Under the pieces are notes generated by a model, which was given only the letters and a program-made list of their open reading frames with translations, ran no database searches and was not told the DNA's origin. DNA of 63,667 bases, counting the filler, from Reticulomyxa filosa (Eukaryota; Protista; Foraminifera), in the NCBI GenBank assembly GCA_000512085.1. It is 25 parts of 25 records of this genome, joined end to end, with 100 filler letters (N's around TTAATTAATTAA, not from the genome) between each part and the next. Parts side by side here need not be neighbours in the genome. Positions count along the whole stretch, not along the records: positions 43,809 to 52,620 come from ASPP01028375.1; positions 52,721 to 53,950 come from ASPP01001363.1; positions 54,051 to 57,957 come from ASPP01005850.1; positions 58,058 to 59,219 come from ASPP01023398.1; positions 59,320 to 61,302 come from ASPP01027910.1; 20 more parts are not named here. One strand, written 5' to 3'. The position numbers and the translations under genes are program-made. This document shows positions 47,517 to 61,402 of the stretch, piece by piece (the stretch's first letter is position 1; every line of letters begins with the position of its first letter).

Positions 47517-50500
47517 ATGATCACGACAAATGAAAGGGAAGAATATTTGATTGATATTCTTGATCCCAAGAAAGAAAAATCGGAAACAAATGTGTTGTCT
47601 CAGTTTCCCAAGTTTCACATATCTGGAGACGATTCGTCAAGTTCTCTTCCACGATCACCACCCCCACCACATTTTCCATTGTCCACAGAGCGTGGTCGGT
47701 CTCGGTTAGACGAAGAAGCCAAAATGCCTCATCCTGAGCTGGATGATATACCTTTTGAAAATGACGATAAGTCATTCCCAAATACATTTTCAAAACTGTT
47801 GGAACGATTAGATAAATTTCGTACCGACTTGAACCATGATGGTACTGTTCCATTCAACTCTACATTGCCACAGCCAGCCAAGGACAGTACGATGGAAATG
47901 GATCATGCAGCCGAGCTTGATAAGCCCTTGATTCCAGCCAATAGGCTTCGTCGATCGAAAACAAAAAAAAATCTGCCCTGCAGTAATACAACAAACCAAC
48001 TCGTTTCCGCAGAGATGCCAAGAGATCATCCACAGTTATATTGGTTTGCTTTGTTTGCAACACAGTCATTGTATACGTACTTCCTGACTTTTTCTTACAG
48101 AATACAGCAACCGCATCGCTCTGTAGAAAATTTCGCACATGCGAAAGGGATTAAAGCTGCAAACCATCCAATCAAAAATGTGAAATCGATATACGTCGGC
48201 AGCAGTGAAGATCTCACAAAAAAAACGACAATGAAATGGCTGACAGCATAGCACACGCGGCTAATAAAGATAAAGGTAATAGCGTTGCTAACCAATTCGA
48301 CTTGAAAAACTTTATGTTACTACCCTTTCCAAATCCTGTCAATCGCCATCAACGCACAAGCAATAGCAACATCACTATCACTACTAGCAGTAATAACCGC
48401 GAGTATGGCCAAGCGAAAGAGCAGCTTTCTCTTTTATCACCGTACAGTAACACCACCATTTCTAGTGAAAACGTGAGCTCAAAAGTGGGACAAATATTAC
48501 ATAGTCTCAATGAAGCAATACCAATACTTGTACCCTATCAGCAACTTACCGAAGTCGAGTATGCTAGTTATCTTCCAAGTGGATATCCGGTTATGCCGAA
48601 ACAAAACATTGAACAAACAGTTCAAACGTCTACCAAACAAACTCAAACCAATCAACGAAAGTCTGCCTTATCCATCGCAAGGTTAGCTTACCAACAAACA
48701 CGACATCTTCAAAAAGTCCGAAAAAAAAATTAATTACTTTCTTTTTACACTTTAGAAAAACATAAGTGTTTTTTTTGTTTTTTTTAGTGTTTTTCAGTAT
48801 TACGTACGCTTCCTCGTTATTCTCTTTCAATACTTTGGGATAAAAAACAAATAAATAAAAAGTGGCAAGGATGAACATCAACAAAAGGTAATGAACGATA
48901 TAAAAGCGGCTGAAAAAAAGCAAGAAGTGTATCCAATGCTACCTCATTACTACCTTGACAGTTCAAATAGCTCTACGCCATTTGTAATTTCTAAACAAAT
49001 GCTGACAAATTCCAACAAACGTAATCCTATCGATGTCCTCAATTATGATGAGAATGTTATGTCTGAATTTGTGGCACAAGTTTTTTTTTTGTAGATTTTT
49101 TGATTTATGCAAGTATAGCTTGTGCCTAGAAAAATAACGGAGAAAAACAAACAAAAAAAAAAAAAAAAAAGAAAAAATCACCAGCAACAGCAACTGAAAA
49201 AAAAGAAGATGAAAAAAGTAAGGTAAACGAATATGAAGAAGAAGCGCAAATAAAGCAGCATAATCCAGAAAAAATTGTTCAATCATTGCAATCGCTTGAG
49301 AATGAACATCAGCGTGCTTCTGCAAATATTCCTTCACCTGTCCATCTCACTAATGATGAAACAAAAGTCAAAGGAAACAAAAATAGTCGAAAGCAAAAAG
49401 ATGAGCAAAAACGTGAGTGTCATTCACTTAAAACAAAGTTTAGCTTGTACAAAAAAATAAAGTTGGCAAAGTAAAACACAAAATGTTTTGTGTTTTGCCT
49501 TTTTTTTTAACTACTTACATAAAAGTTGTCTTTCGATTACAACTACAGGTGCATGTGCTCTTGTCATGAAATGGAGAAAACGTCCCTTCATCATCTTATG
49601 CAATCATACAGGAAAGAAAAGGCAACACACTCCTTGACAACGACCCCTTCGTCTTTACCTTCCTACGTAATTGAAACAAGTAATCCTTCAAGAACTGTTG
49701 TAGATGAAACTGACAAGCCACAATCTACCAAGGTTGACAGTGTTGATGTTGATGTAAAAAATGAAGAAGATGGAGATGAGAACGAGGAAGAGAAAGAGGA
49801 TGAGGATGCTGACGATGACAAAGGGACAGAAGAGAAACATGGAACAGCTTTGAATAGTAATGTAATCCACAGCTCCAAAAAAATAGCACATAAAAAAAGT
49901 ACGCAAAGGGCAATTAGAAAAAGAAAAAAATGAAAAATAAAATTCGGGTGGGTTCAGAGAAGAACAGCGTCGGCAGTCAAGATAATCCTTGGAAATTGAG
50001 TGTAGAGGATGACCAGTCATCAACAAAGATTGAAAGTTTTGTCCATACAAATAAATCACATAATGATAAGTTTGTTTTAAAAAAATGATTTGATTATAGA
50101 CGAAATGACACCTCCACTATTACTATCGGGAACAATGATTAATGAATTAATACAAATTGCAACAATATCACCTGTGCCTGTCTGGAGTAAAAATCGATTC
50201 AAAATGCACGTGAAAGAACTTAAAAGACACGACAAAGAATACAAAGCGTGCTGTAATATTTGTAGAGTATTGTGGGATTCATTACCTTCAAAACAGTTTT
50301 GTTTTGTTTTTCTATTTCTTCAGTAATAATTACTTTTTTTGTTTTCTTTGGTTGTCTACAAACATAGCATTTTTGAGGTCATAAAGATGTTCAAACTTTC
50401 TTGGACGCAACGTATCATATCATTTAATGACACTAGCGTCATGTTCTATATAGACAAGACGGATGTATCATTAACTACACAACATAAGAAAAATCAGACA

Positions 50501-50749
50501 GAAGCTAATGAAGTTATTGACACAAGCTGTGCACAGAGGTTGTTCAGGATAGCACAAACACGTTTCAAGGAACATAAAAATCAAGAAGCTGATGTCCCAT
50601 TGTTTTTTCAATTGCCAAACGTATCAGAATACTGCATCTTGTGCATTATTGATGCTTTTTATTTATATCACGAACACGGACAATGCTATGTTCCAAGACA
50701 ATATTGTATACCTGTATATTTAATCAGACGCAAAGAATCCGCTGTATAA
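47517..50749 (+). CDS. Large low-complexity hypothetical protein, multi-exon (structure not resolved)
   Basis: Chain of same-strand ORFs of 67-244 aa separated by AT-rich intron-like segments. Confidence 0.5.
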
Positions 50750-51348
50750 AGAAAATTAACTATAAATACATTGAATACTCGTGTAAAAGATGTATATTTT
50801 TCGCGAGTTTTCTTTTTTCTTGCTTATCCAATAGTTGTGTTTTTTTGTTCTGCTTTGATTTTTTTATTTTTAGTTGTGATGGTTACGAATTTTTTCTTCA
50901 TTTTTTCCCAATTATTTAACTTTTAAGGTTTGGGCAAATAATGTCTTTGCCACCTGTTTTGGAAAAGTATTTAACCAAATATCTAGAAGCAGCTACTTTA
51001 AGTTGTCAACGGAGCAAATTGTGCTTTGAACTTAAAACTGTATACTGCCGAAACTTAGAAACTGTTCCTTTTTTGATTAATGATATTAGGCCAAAATAAT
51101 CTTATTTTCATGTTACTAGACATTTTTATTCTCAGAGTTTTTTAATTCCAAAAACTTTCTAATCTTAATGTCAGTTTCCTAACTTAGTTTGTTAATTTGT
51201 AAATAGAAATAGGTTTAAAATAGCTAAAAAAAATTGAAAGAAGACAGAGTTAAAACTGGACTCTATCTTTTCTTATGACAAATGTGAAACAAAAACAAAC
51301 AGTTTCTTCCTTGAATATACGATGTTTTTATAGAAGAGATAAAATTTC

Positions 51349-52620
51349 TCAATTGGGAACATCTACATTTGATCTCATAGTGCTCAGCCACCGATGTACT
51401 TTATTCCATTTTTCTAGTTTTATCTTTTCGCGTTTACTTGCAGCTGCGCTTTGCATCCATTCATGCATTATTTTTTTTGTCAACTTCTGTGTTGAAAATT
51501 CAGCTGCTTTTTCGTCTTTTTTCCTTTCTTGCCATGCCTTTTCTGTTTGCTTCATCTCGTAGCATTTCTAAGTCAAGAAAATTATATCACAGTTATTGAA
51601 GTGAAAGAAGATGCACAAAACTATTTCTAAACTTTCCATTGGAACCAAACAAATTTTGTTTGTGAGGTTTTATGGTGTCGCAAATTAATTTCTGTCTTGG
51701 TTTTGCCGACATCACACAATTCCCCCCATATGAAAAAGAATCTCTTTCTTAACACTTTGTTGCAAAAATGTTGTGACATGACGTCTAAGCATAATGCACT
51801 GCATTCTTTCGCGCAACTCTTGTAAATTTTATGTCTTAAAAAATTCCATCTCCACGTCTTTAAACACTTTTTTTTCGCGTGTTATTTCTCATTCCAAAAA
51901 AATCGGAAAAAAGTTAAAGACATTTATTTTAACAAAACTTGTGTTTGCAACAATTTGTTATTAAATTGAACTGCCTTAAAGCGCTTCATTTTTATCAGTT
52001 CCAATCGTTTCATCCACGGAATCCATGCATGATAGATTATCAAGGACCTCTTGTAATGCATATCGCTCAAAGCCTGTTGCTGTCTCAGCAACATTTGCTT
52101 TGCAATTTTTTTTGCTTTTTCTCTTGCTATTGTTTCATTTTCTTGTTGCTTTTTCAAGGCCTCTTCTTCTTTCTCTCGAGTTTTCATCTCCTTTTTTTGT
52201 TCAGTTTATTTGCCATTTGTAAAAAAAAATAAAAATAAAAACCAACAAAAATTACCTTTTCTTTCTCTTTCATTTCATTATATTTCTTTTCTTTCAGTAG
52301 CTGCAGCTCTAATCGCTTTTGTTTTCTCTCATTTGCTCTTTTGTTCATTTCCGCAAGTGCTTTGGGCTTGATTGATTGAAAGCACATTGTGTCATTATTA
52401 TAACAGCACCCGTATGTTAGTCATTTTTCGGTTAACAATTAAATAGAATAGAATTATATAAAAACAAATATTACCTCAGTATAGCTTTTTTTAAATGATT
52501 TCGGTTGTTTTTTTGATAATCCATTCGCTATTTTATGTTCTTTATGGGCTAATGGTTCAGATGGAGGCGGAGATTGAGGCCGAGATTGAGACTGAGACTG
52601 AGATTGAGATTGAGATTGGG
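51349..52620 (-). CDS. Coiled-coil protein with Sfi1-like W-repeats (CCDC191-like), multi-exon, 5'-truncated
   Basis: EMNKRANERKQKR, LSDMHYKRSLIIYHAWIPW, KAVQFNNKLLQ and AAEFSTQKLTKKIMHEW. Confidence 0.55.
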
Positions 52621-54050
52621 NNNNNNNNNNNNNNNNNNNNNNNNNNNNNNNNNNNNNNNNNNNNTTAATTAATTAANNNNNNNNNNNNNNNNNNNNNNNN
52701 NNNNNNNNNNNNNNNNNNNNTTTTTATATAGCTTTTCTAAATTTTATTTTTTTAACATGCAAGAACTTTAAGTTCACAAATATTCACACACAAAAAAAAA
52801 ATGTCAGTATGGAACAGTTGTGAAATATTTAAAAAATTCTTGTTTTGCAAAGGAAAAAAAACTTAGACTTAATGCCTTTTTAAGCTGTCTCACTCAACTG
52901 GAAATAAACATCTTTTGTTATAATTAAGACATGACGAATTGAATTCGCCGAGGTTGTATGCGAAACACTCGAATCGTAATAGTCAGAGTATGTGTAGATG
53001 ATGTTGTCATGGGCCAGCGAAACGATTGATTCAGCTCTGCGCTCATTTCTCGAATTTGCAAATGGTGGAAAGAAGATATTTACAAATATTTCTTCATAGT
53101 TCGACAATTTTCAAAACAACTTACTGTTTTCATTAGTCAACTGATTTGCTCTTTATTTGATTCACAACAAAAGCTAAGTTCATATTATGTAAAAAAACAC
53201 TTTCGAAATGATTTTGACAACTATGAAATATTTCAATATATAAAAGTTTATTGAAAAATATTTTTTTGAAATAAAGAGAATTGAATGTGCTAAATGGATT
53301 TTGCTGTAGTTATTGCGTTAATATATGCTTTGTTGATGAAAGTCACCAATATTCTTATCCACTATTGATTTGAGTAAAATTTTTATAAAGAATCATAAAA
53401 TACAATCCAATTCTTTTCAAAACACAGCTATTGATTGAATTACTTTGCTGTTTGCTTTTCAAACTTTTTCTATATTTGTCATTGTATTCTTTGAAAAAAT
53501 TCAACGAAAATGGCAAATTTCAAAGATTTAAAATAAAACATGTAATTGCATAAATTGCGCAAATTATATGTCAGTCTTGAAACGACTTGTAAACTATTGA
53601 TAGGGATTGTTTGGAATGAGTTTTAAAAAATAATAATTTATATTCAATTATACATTCTTGTGCATTCAAATTACCGATTTCCTATAATTTTGAGTAAAAG
53701 AAACAAAACCTTCTTTGCTAGTAAAGAGGCAAAAATAATAAAAAATTAGAAATTATTTCAATCCTCCATTTTCTTTCATCAACTATACTCATATTCTCTT
53801 TGTACAGTTTAGAGGTTTGTTAATTGTTTGCATGCAAAAAAACTCTTTCCTGTAATAAAAAAAATTACACTAGTGTGTATGCATAAATAATGGATGTTAA
53901 TACTCTGCAAGTTTATATTTATTAAATAAAAGAATTTTTTATTGATCCTTNNNNNNNNNNNNNNNNNNNNNNNNNNNNNNNNNNNNNNNNNNNNTTAATT
54001 AATTAANNNNNNNNNNNNNNNNNNNNNNNNNNNNNNNNNNNNNNNNNNNN

Positions 54051-54723
54051 ATAATGTTAGTTGTTTGTGGTTGGGAAATAATGTTAGTTGTTTGCATGTC
54101 CTGAAGTTCATGCATTTTTGATAAGATAGAAGTAGGAGTCAATTCGATCACATTATTCGCAATATTAATTGCATTAACAATTTCTGTTGGATTTAAATAT
54201 TTGTATTTGTCTTCAATAATTGTGCCATGTTTAAGACCACGAACACCACGTGCGATCTGAATAATACAACCCAATCGATCCCACGCCAAAAAGGACAAAA
54301 ACATACGCGCTCCTTTTTCCAAGGAAATATCTCTTCTTTCAAGTAATTTAAGCCAAGCGGCCAGTTTTCTACCTTTTGGATAACACCCTTCCCTGTTTTT
54401 TAATCAATATTTTGTGTTATGTTTGAGAAAAAGATAAAAAAGTTTGTAACATCATTTGAAAATAGTCTTATGTTTTCAATCAAACCTGCAGCGTGAATAT
54501 CTAAAATATCTGTTTTTATCCATGAATTTGGTGAACAAATCCGATTCTTGAATACGAACACTCCAGCCGATCGATATTTTTGGTTTTGAAAGTGTGATAA
54601 TGCATTTCAATTCGGGTGATTCAAGAGAAGCCTCGCGAAGTTCTGTAATGTAATCCGATTGCTTTTTCCCCACACCAAAAAAAGAAAAAACAATATATAT
54701 ATTACGAAGCAGACACGTACATA

Positions 54724-54754
<31 letters not shown>

Positions 54755-56368
54755 ATTTTATTTGAAGAGTCAAAACTTCTTCAAAGTCATATTTATTATC
54801 GTTGGCGTCTGTAGTTATATCGGGGAATTGGCCATCGTCATCTTGTTCACCGTCATTAAATTCCTTATTGACACGATGTGCAGCCACATCTGATTCTGCC
54901 TTTTGCACCGAGCTCCTCATGTATTTGCATCTTCATGGTATATATTTGTTTTTATTCAAGTTCATTGGCTCTTTGTTTATTATTTAAGTTTTCGATTGAA
55001 TTAAACAAAAACCATAAAATCACAAAAAAAAAAAAAAAAAAAAAAGCAATAGATGTATTACCTGTTGAAAATAGCAAAATGTTTGGGATAAAGTGGCGCC
55101 AAATATTTCACACTTAGTACAAATTTTTTTGGTTTGCATTTTGCCGTTTTGGAAGTCTTGTTATGGCCATTGCCATTCTTATTGTTATTATCATTTTTAT
55201 TTTCATTGTTATTGTTATTACCATTGTTATTGTCGTTGTTGTCATTTTTTGAGTCTGTACTATCTTGACTACTCTCTTCATTGTCTCCGTTACTATTGAA
55301 ATGAGCTCGGTAAATCGCTTCCACAAGTGCTCGCAAAAACAAGTTAATATGTCGAACCACAATAAATGCACTAAAACGAGACGGATAGGCGGAATCACCA
55401 AAAGAACGCATCATTTTGCGAGTGGCCAATAAAAAGGTTCGTTTTTGCATTCATTTAATTTCCATATCACTGCCTGTTATCCCATGTATAAATATATGCA
55501 TATATACATATATATATATATATATATGTTATAAATTCTATGTCTATAGAAATATAAAGTGAGTGCTTGTCAAAACTCCATCGTTATCAAAGTCAAATTC
55601 TGGATCATCGTCCACAATCCCTTCGCATGCCTCCAATTCTTGTTGCGCTGTTAATTTGCCTTTTTTGTTCAGACTTGCACCTAATTTCATGTCTCCACGG
55701 GTCAATGGTTGTTCTATCGTTTGTTAGTTAACAACAATTACATTGGTACACAAAACACACACTACGTACATACATAGAGATAACACAAAACAAGAAAAAA
55801 CAGGCGACGAAACCAAGTGCTTAAAAAAAAAGCCTTTTTTTTTTTTTTTTTGGCTGTTTTTGCTTTGTCATCAAAACATTTGAAATTTTTTTTTTTAAAA
55901 AAAGCTGTTTCTAAGGTCATGTATGTTTTTTGTTTAAGTATTCGTACTGTTCTTATCGCTGTCTAATTGTGATCGAGCAATTGGAGACTGCGCTAACGGC
56001 GTGGATTGATCTATTTTGGCAGATTGCTCGCAAACAATGTTCTGGTCACCGGAAGCCAAAACATCTGGGGGCACATTACCGTTTCCATGGTTTGCTGCAT
56101 TAATCTTGTTTGTGATTTCTTTGTATAGCATTTGCTGAGCTTCGGGCGACAAAGATAGGGCGAGATTTAGCAATACTAATGAGGGAACTCGGTGCAATAA
56201 AATGTTCTTTTCTTTGCATGGCAACTTGGCTATCTGTCGAAATACGCTTTCCTTGTCTAGTCCTACTGGCAAATTTTTCAACATTTCAACCCGCATTGAT
56301 AACTCCGATTTCACAAACAACCCAAGCCATCTGTTTGTTGAAACACATTCTGATTGTACATCCGACAT
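54051..56368 (-). CDS. SPT3: Probable SAGA subunit SPT3/SUPT3H homolog, multi-exon; attachment of the 55934-56368 exon is uncertain
   Basis: KMMRSFGDSAYP (N-terminal histone fold), RIQESDLFTKFMDKNRYFRYSRCR, KLAAWL..FLSFLAWDRLGCIIQIA and LNPTEIVNAI occur in SPT3 motif order. Confidence 0.65.
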
Positions 56369-56889
56369 TTTGTAATGAACGTTTTAGGAAGGACAAATTT
56401 TTTTTTTCAACAGTTTTTGCGCGTACACTAGTGTCCGTAATTTCAATAGTGTTATTTTGAATCTTTTTTTATTGTAAAGTTTTTTTACTTAATTACTTTT
56501 TCAAATTGGCAAAACAAAATAATAGCTTATATTTTCAGAAAAATTCTTTAATTTTGGAAATAGAATTGGCCAACCAGAAAGAGATTTTCCATCAACTGGT
56601 TTTTTTGCAGGGTTATGACTTGACGAGTTTCCAGGTAAACAAAAGAAGTTATAAAAATTATTAATTTAGTTATCAATGTCACACAACAAAAAAGGTGGAA
56701 CAAAATTATTATAAAAACAAAATAAAGATTCAAGCGACCAAACACTACTTCACGTTTTCACACATCACAATGGGAAAAAAAGTAGGATAACTCAGTTTGG
56801 AGGGAGGAGAAGAAAAAATAAAGAATAAAAACATCGCAAACAAAAAGATACACCATACACGTATCAAGACAAGACGTTTGTCGTACACA

Positions 56890-57934
56890 TCACTCCCAAT
56901 AAAAAGTAAGAACGTTTTCCCCAGTGCCACGAAGTAAGACAGTGGCCCTTGTGTCGTTTGTTCGACTTAGCATATCCAACACTCCCATATACATGGTTGG
57001 GTCTTTGAAAGATTTAGGATGCGGTGCAGTGACAAAAACACACTTTTGTTGATGTGAATAGGCGTTGATCAATTCACTGACACGCAGCCAACGTTTCAGT
57101 TTGGTGTTGCTCCACGAATGACTATCCGCCAAATTGTATCCTGTCAATTTGCAAAACGCTTGAAGCGTTTCCAATGTTGGTTCACGACGACTTGATTTGA
57201 TTGGGTACGGTCCGTTGATACTCAATCGAAACTTGCGCAGCAGCGACGCCAATTCAGCTTGCCATAGCCCTACATTGTATAAAATGATAATAGTAATAAT
57301 GTGAATACATTATATGTATATATACATATACCTGTAGTATCATCAATACGCTTAAGCAAGTCAGCATTAACTAGGCCTTGTGAAGATATTCTCGACCGTC
57401 TTGGAGATGAGCCTCGTCACTTTTGCTCAATTGTGCAGTCCTCAGAGAATTACCAGGACTGATATCAATGGTGCTCTGCGACGAAGTAGGCACACTCAGA
57501 CTGGCGTGTTCATCGCTTTGCACAGTGCTTCCTCCAATATTGTCATCCGCAACTAAAAATAGGCGGACAATATACCGCTGTTTATTGCGAATCATTTGTC
57601 TGTCATTTTCTTTGGTTTGCAATTCGCTGTCCACGTCTACAAAGGCCGCTCTCATGCGTTCGGCCACTGTCGATGCCATGCTCTTTTTCTTCTGTTTCAC
57701 TGTGCTTTCCTTCCGGTTCGTCTCGCTCAGCCTTTTCCAAAACTGGTCAATGCTCAGAATATGTGGCACCAATAACGACAATCCTCCATCGTCCAATAGC
57801 CACCACACATCGATTATTGTTGTATTTGGCATCACCGGCATGTTTTCCGCGGCGACCATATCGAGCAACACGTTGTTGGATTTGATATCGCTAAATGGAA
57901 GATGTTCCAATCCGCGGCAAATCATAAATCCCAT
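56890..57934 (-). CDS. SLC12 cation-chloride cotransporter, C-terminal cytoplasmic domain (partial)
   Basis: IDVWWLLDDGGLSLLVPHILS..FW and a terminal VLLRGTGENVLTFY. Confidence 0.92.
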
Positions 57935-58057
57935 TTTTGATTTCTTTTTTTTTTTAANNNNNNNNNNNNNNNNNNNNNNNNNNNNNNNNNNNNNNNNNNN
58001 NTTAATTAATTAANNNNNNNNNNNNNNNNNNNNNNNNNNNNNNNNNNNNNNNNNNNN

Positions 58058-58096
<39 letters not shown>

Positions 58097-58139
58097 ATCG
58101 AAAAAATTGGAGTCTTAACGATGCTTGTGTTCATTACAG

Positions 58140-59177
58140 AAAAGATTGATCAAGACGAATACAAAGACATGAATGTGTCGGATCTCATCGATCCATATAA
58201 AGATCAATACAACTGTTCATCTCACGGAAATGAAAATAACAACAAATTACAATGGCTGAAAACTCATATAACAGTAGAAGCAATGAAATATGTAGCGAAA
58301 GAATGCATGATGGAAGCATGCAGCATTCCAAATGAATTGGTGAAACGAGTAATTCGAAACCTAAAATACTGCAGTGAGGTACCATCCATGATGGGATCGA
58401 ATAGCATCAGCGTATCGAATACAATGTCGTCTTTGAAAGCGTTCATTGAAAAGTATCACAACATAAATGAAAGAGATGATTTGACCAATTTGCAAACAGA
58501 ATTGGAGCAAATAGAAGTCCTTCCAATATTAGTTGAACAACAAACTTCGGATAACATGCATTGGATCATTTCAAAACAAGCAACAAATCTACGAAGACTA
58601 CGAATCTATTTATACTGTCCAGGATGTACCGAACTCAAAACTGATCGTGTCCGGAGTGCTTTTTTTAACGTACCCGGAGGTATATACATATATGTATATA
58701 TATATATATACTCTTCTTCTTTTTCCATTATTTCTAATTAATAACTTTCTCACTCATTTCAAATAAATGACAACAGCCAATAAGCGATATCCATTAAAAC
58801 TTGTAAAAGAGAACATTCCTTGGTTATATTGGAGTGACTTTCAAGTAGCTTCCAACTTTCAATTATCGTGCAGTATATTCGATATAGAAAGAAAGGTCGC
58901 AACTGCCACCATTTCTGCTTCTTCTCAGGTCATTGTTGTGGAAGAACAGTCGTTGCGAAAAAGTGTGGCAGCATTTGGCCACACGATGTCCAGCAACGAA
59001 AATGTGGAGATTTTCAGACATTTGATTCGCGAAGTCAAGGACGAGTCATCTTTTTGCTTTGCTATGACTATTGTCAAAGATTTAAAAGAGCAACTTATTC
59101 TTTCCGAATTTGACATCAGTGATGCATCGACTGATATCACTTCAAAGTTGGACCAACTCGATGCGACTCACGAACAA
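58140..59177 (+). CDS. Internal two-exon fragment of a large hypothetical protein
   Basis: ORFs of 215 and 166 aa separated by a TA-repeat intron (about 58680-58776). Confidence 0.55.
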
Positions 59178-59703
59178 GTACGATATATGCATATATTTAT
59201 ATGTATATGTATATATATANNNNNNNNNNNNNNNNNNNNNNNNNNNNNNNNNNNNNNNNNNNNTTAATTAATTAANNNNNNNNNNNNNNNNNNNNNNNNN
59301 NNNNNNNNNNNNNNNNNNNAAAGAGTTTTTCCAATGCTAAATTTGTTTCTTCCAACAATAAATCTAACATGACTCTTCCGTGATTGTGTTAGCCAAGTTT
59401 CATATTTTTTCCAGTACTATTAAATGTTATGCTTTTCAAAAACTGAAAAAGTAATCTTATGGGGTAGTCTTAATACACAAAATTTGAGTAAAAGTGACAC
59501 AAGTGAGGCTTTAGGACGAAGTATACCAGAATAAAATTTAAAAATATTTTTCAGTCTTAGAGTGTTGGCAATTTCGATACGGCAAAAATGGGATAAAAAA
59601 AAGGGCTGACTTTGCATGACGATCGATTTGTAAATGAAATTGTTTCTCCTTTTTTTCATTTCATTCGACAATTCACAACAAAAGCGTTATTGATGTATTT
59701 AAA

Positions 59704-60424
59704 TTAAATGGGTTTAATCTGTGTCGAGAGTTCAGTGTGAAGGGAAAAAAAGGCGCAAAACACACAAACACAAAAATTGTTCACGCAATATCGAATTGTT
59801 TTTTATGTGTACCACAACAATTAGATTTTGTAAAGGAATGAAAGTTAACTTTGAAGTGTAACGATATAAGTGAAAAAACTAAGCACTTGAGATCTTGGAC
59901 CAAGTAGTAGAAGCATTTCAACCCTCCAGCGTCTTCTTGGCCTTCAATATCAATGATTGATCCAATTTTTGTGGTCACGAATGATATATGGTGACCATTA
60001 TGTAGTATTTCAATTTCCTGTCTCCCGACCTCATCTGGCTCGGGCCATAATTTGTCATCCTCATTAAGGACTTCACTGTCGTCTATCATTCTTTTCAACT
60101 CGTCCAATACTGCATCGGTTACGTACACTAATATTTATTTGACGAGAAACAGGACAAGCAAGTGAGCACATACAATTCCTTCGTAGAGGAAAAAAAAATT
60201 ATCCTTTCTGTTTGTTGAAAAAATTACTTTTTTTGGAAAATACCACTCTTTTTAAGTAGATCATGGCCTTTGTATCTGGAGTTGTTGGCATATCGCAACA
60301 AACCGTCCTCCAAAAATTCAAATTCCAAAAATTCGTGGCCAAATTTGCCATGATGTCCAACATAGTAACGCAGATAAAATTTTCCTTGTTGTGGAGATTT
60401 TTCGTCTTTTGCTTGCTCGGCCAT
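59704..60424 (-). CDS. MAGO: Mago nashi (exon junction complex core), complete; exons 60424-60244, 60127-59850, 59718-59704
   Basis: [61 protein letters not shown]|IKPI*. Confidence 0.97.
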
Positions 60425-60826
60425 TATGCTGAAGAAAAATGTTAAAAAATTCTTTGAGTATTATTTCGCGTCCCCTTACTTAGCAGTAAAAAAACAAAAT
60501 GTTAACAAACTTATTCTGCTTTTAAAATCAATGCTTTATAGACGTTATTATCACTTTAATAGTATTTACTCACAATTATTAATGCATTTAAACCAGTATG
60601 GTATGAAATATACTTTAAATAAATTGGGAAGTAATTTAAAAAAAGCTTTTCTATCTAATTTCGGCTCTATTTGAATTTGATTGACTTTTTCAAAGTGAAG
60701 AGTAACTTGTTCAACTTCGCGAAAGGGTCCTAAACAATAATAATTTTTTACATTTGCAATTTTTGATCAAACACCTGAACAACTTTTTTTGAGGCATTAC
60801 TCTACCTATCAAGCATTTGAATAAAC

Positions 60827-61278
60827 ATGGGTCGTAAAATTCTCAGTGGACGATATAAATTAGGGAGAACGTTAGGTGTCGGTGCGTTCGGAAAGTTACG
60901 TTTGTTTGATAAACAGATGAACTTTTGCACCCTCGATCTTTATCACAATTGAATGAAAACCAAAATCCTAAAAATTCAAATTCAAGGCAAACAAAGACAA
61001 AATATGATTAACAATACTGCAAACCAAAAATATTTTTTTTTTGTAGAGTAAAAGAAGGCATTAGTTTGAAGACAAATCGTAAAGTGGCAATAAAAGTGAT
61101 GAACAAAGAAGTAATAAAAAACATAACCTAATTAGCACTGTGCGAACTGAAGTAACAGCGCTCAAATTACTGCCTCAGCATAAGCATGTGGTCCATTTGT
61201 TGGAAGTGTTGGAAAGCAAACAAACATTATATCTGGTTTTGGAATTGGTACAAGGTGGAGAATTATTTGACAAAATCA
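60827..61278 (+). CDS. CAMK-group (SnRK/CIPK-like) Ser/Thr kinase N-lobe, partial; intron 60895-61046; apparent frameshift in an A-run near 61120
   Basis: YKLGRTLGVGAFGK|VK..VAIKV..EV..LK...HKHVVHL.EV....LYLVLELVQGGELFDKI. Confidence 0.9.
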
Positions 61279-61402
61279 GTTTTATTTTTTTTTTTTTTTT
61301 TTNNNNNNNNNNNNNNNNNNNNNNNNNNNNNNNNNNNNNNNNNNNNTTAATTAATTAANNNNNNNNNNNNNNNNNNNNNNNNNNNNNNNNNNNNNNNNNN
61401 NN

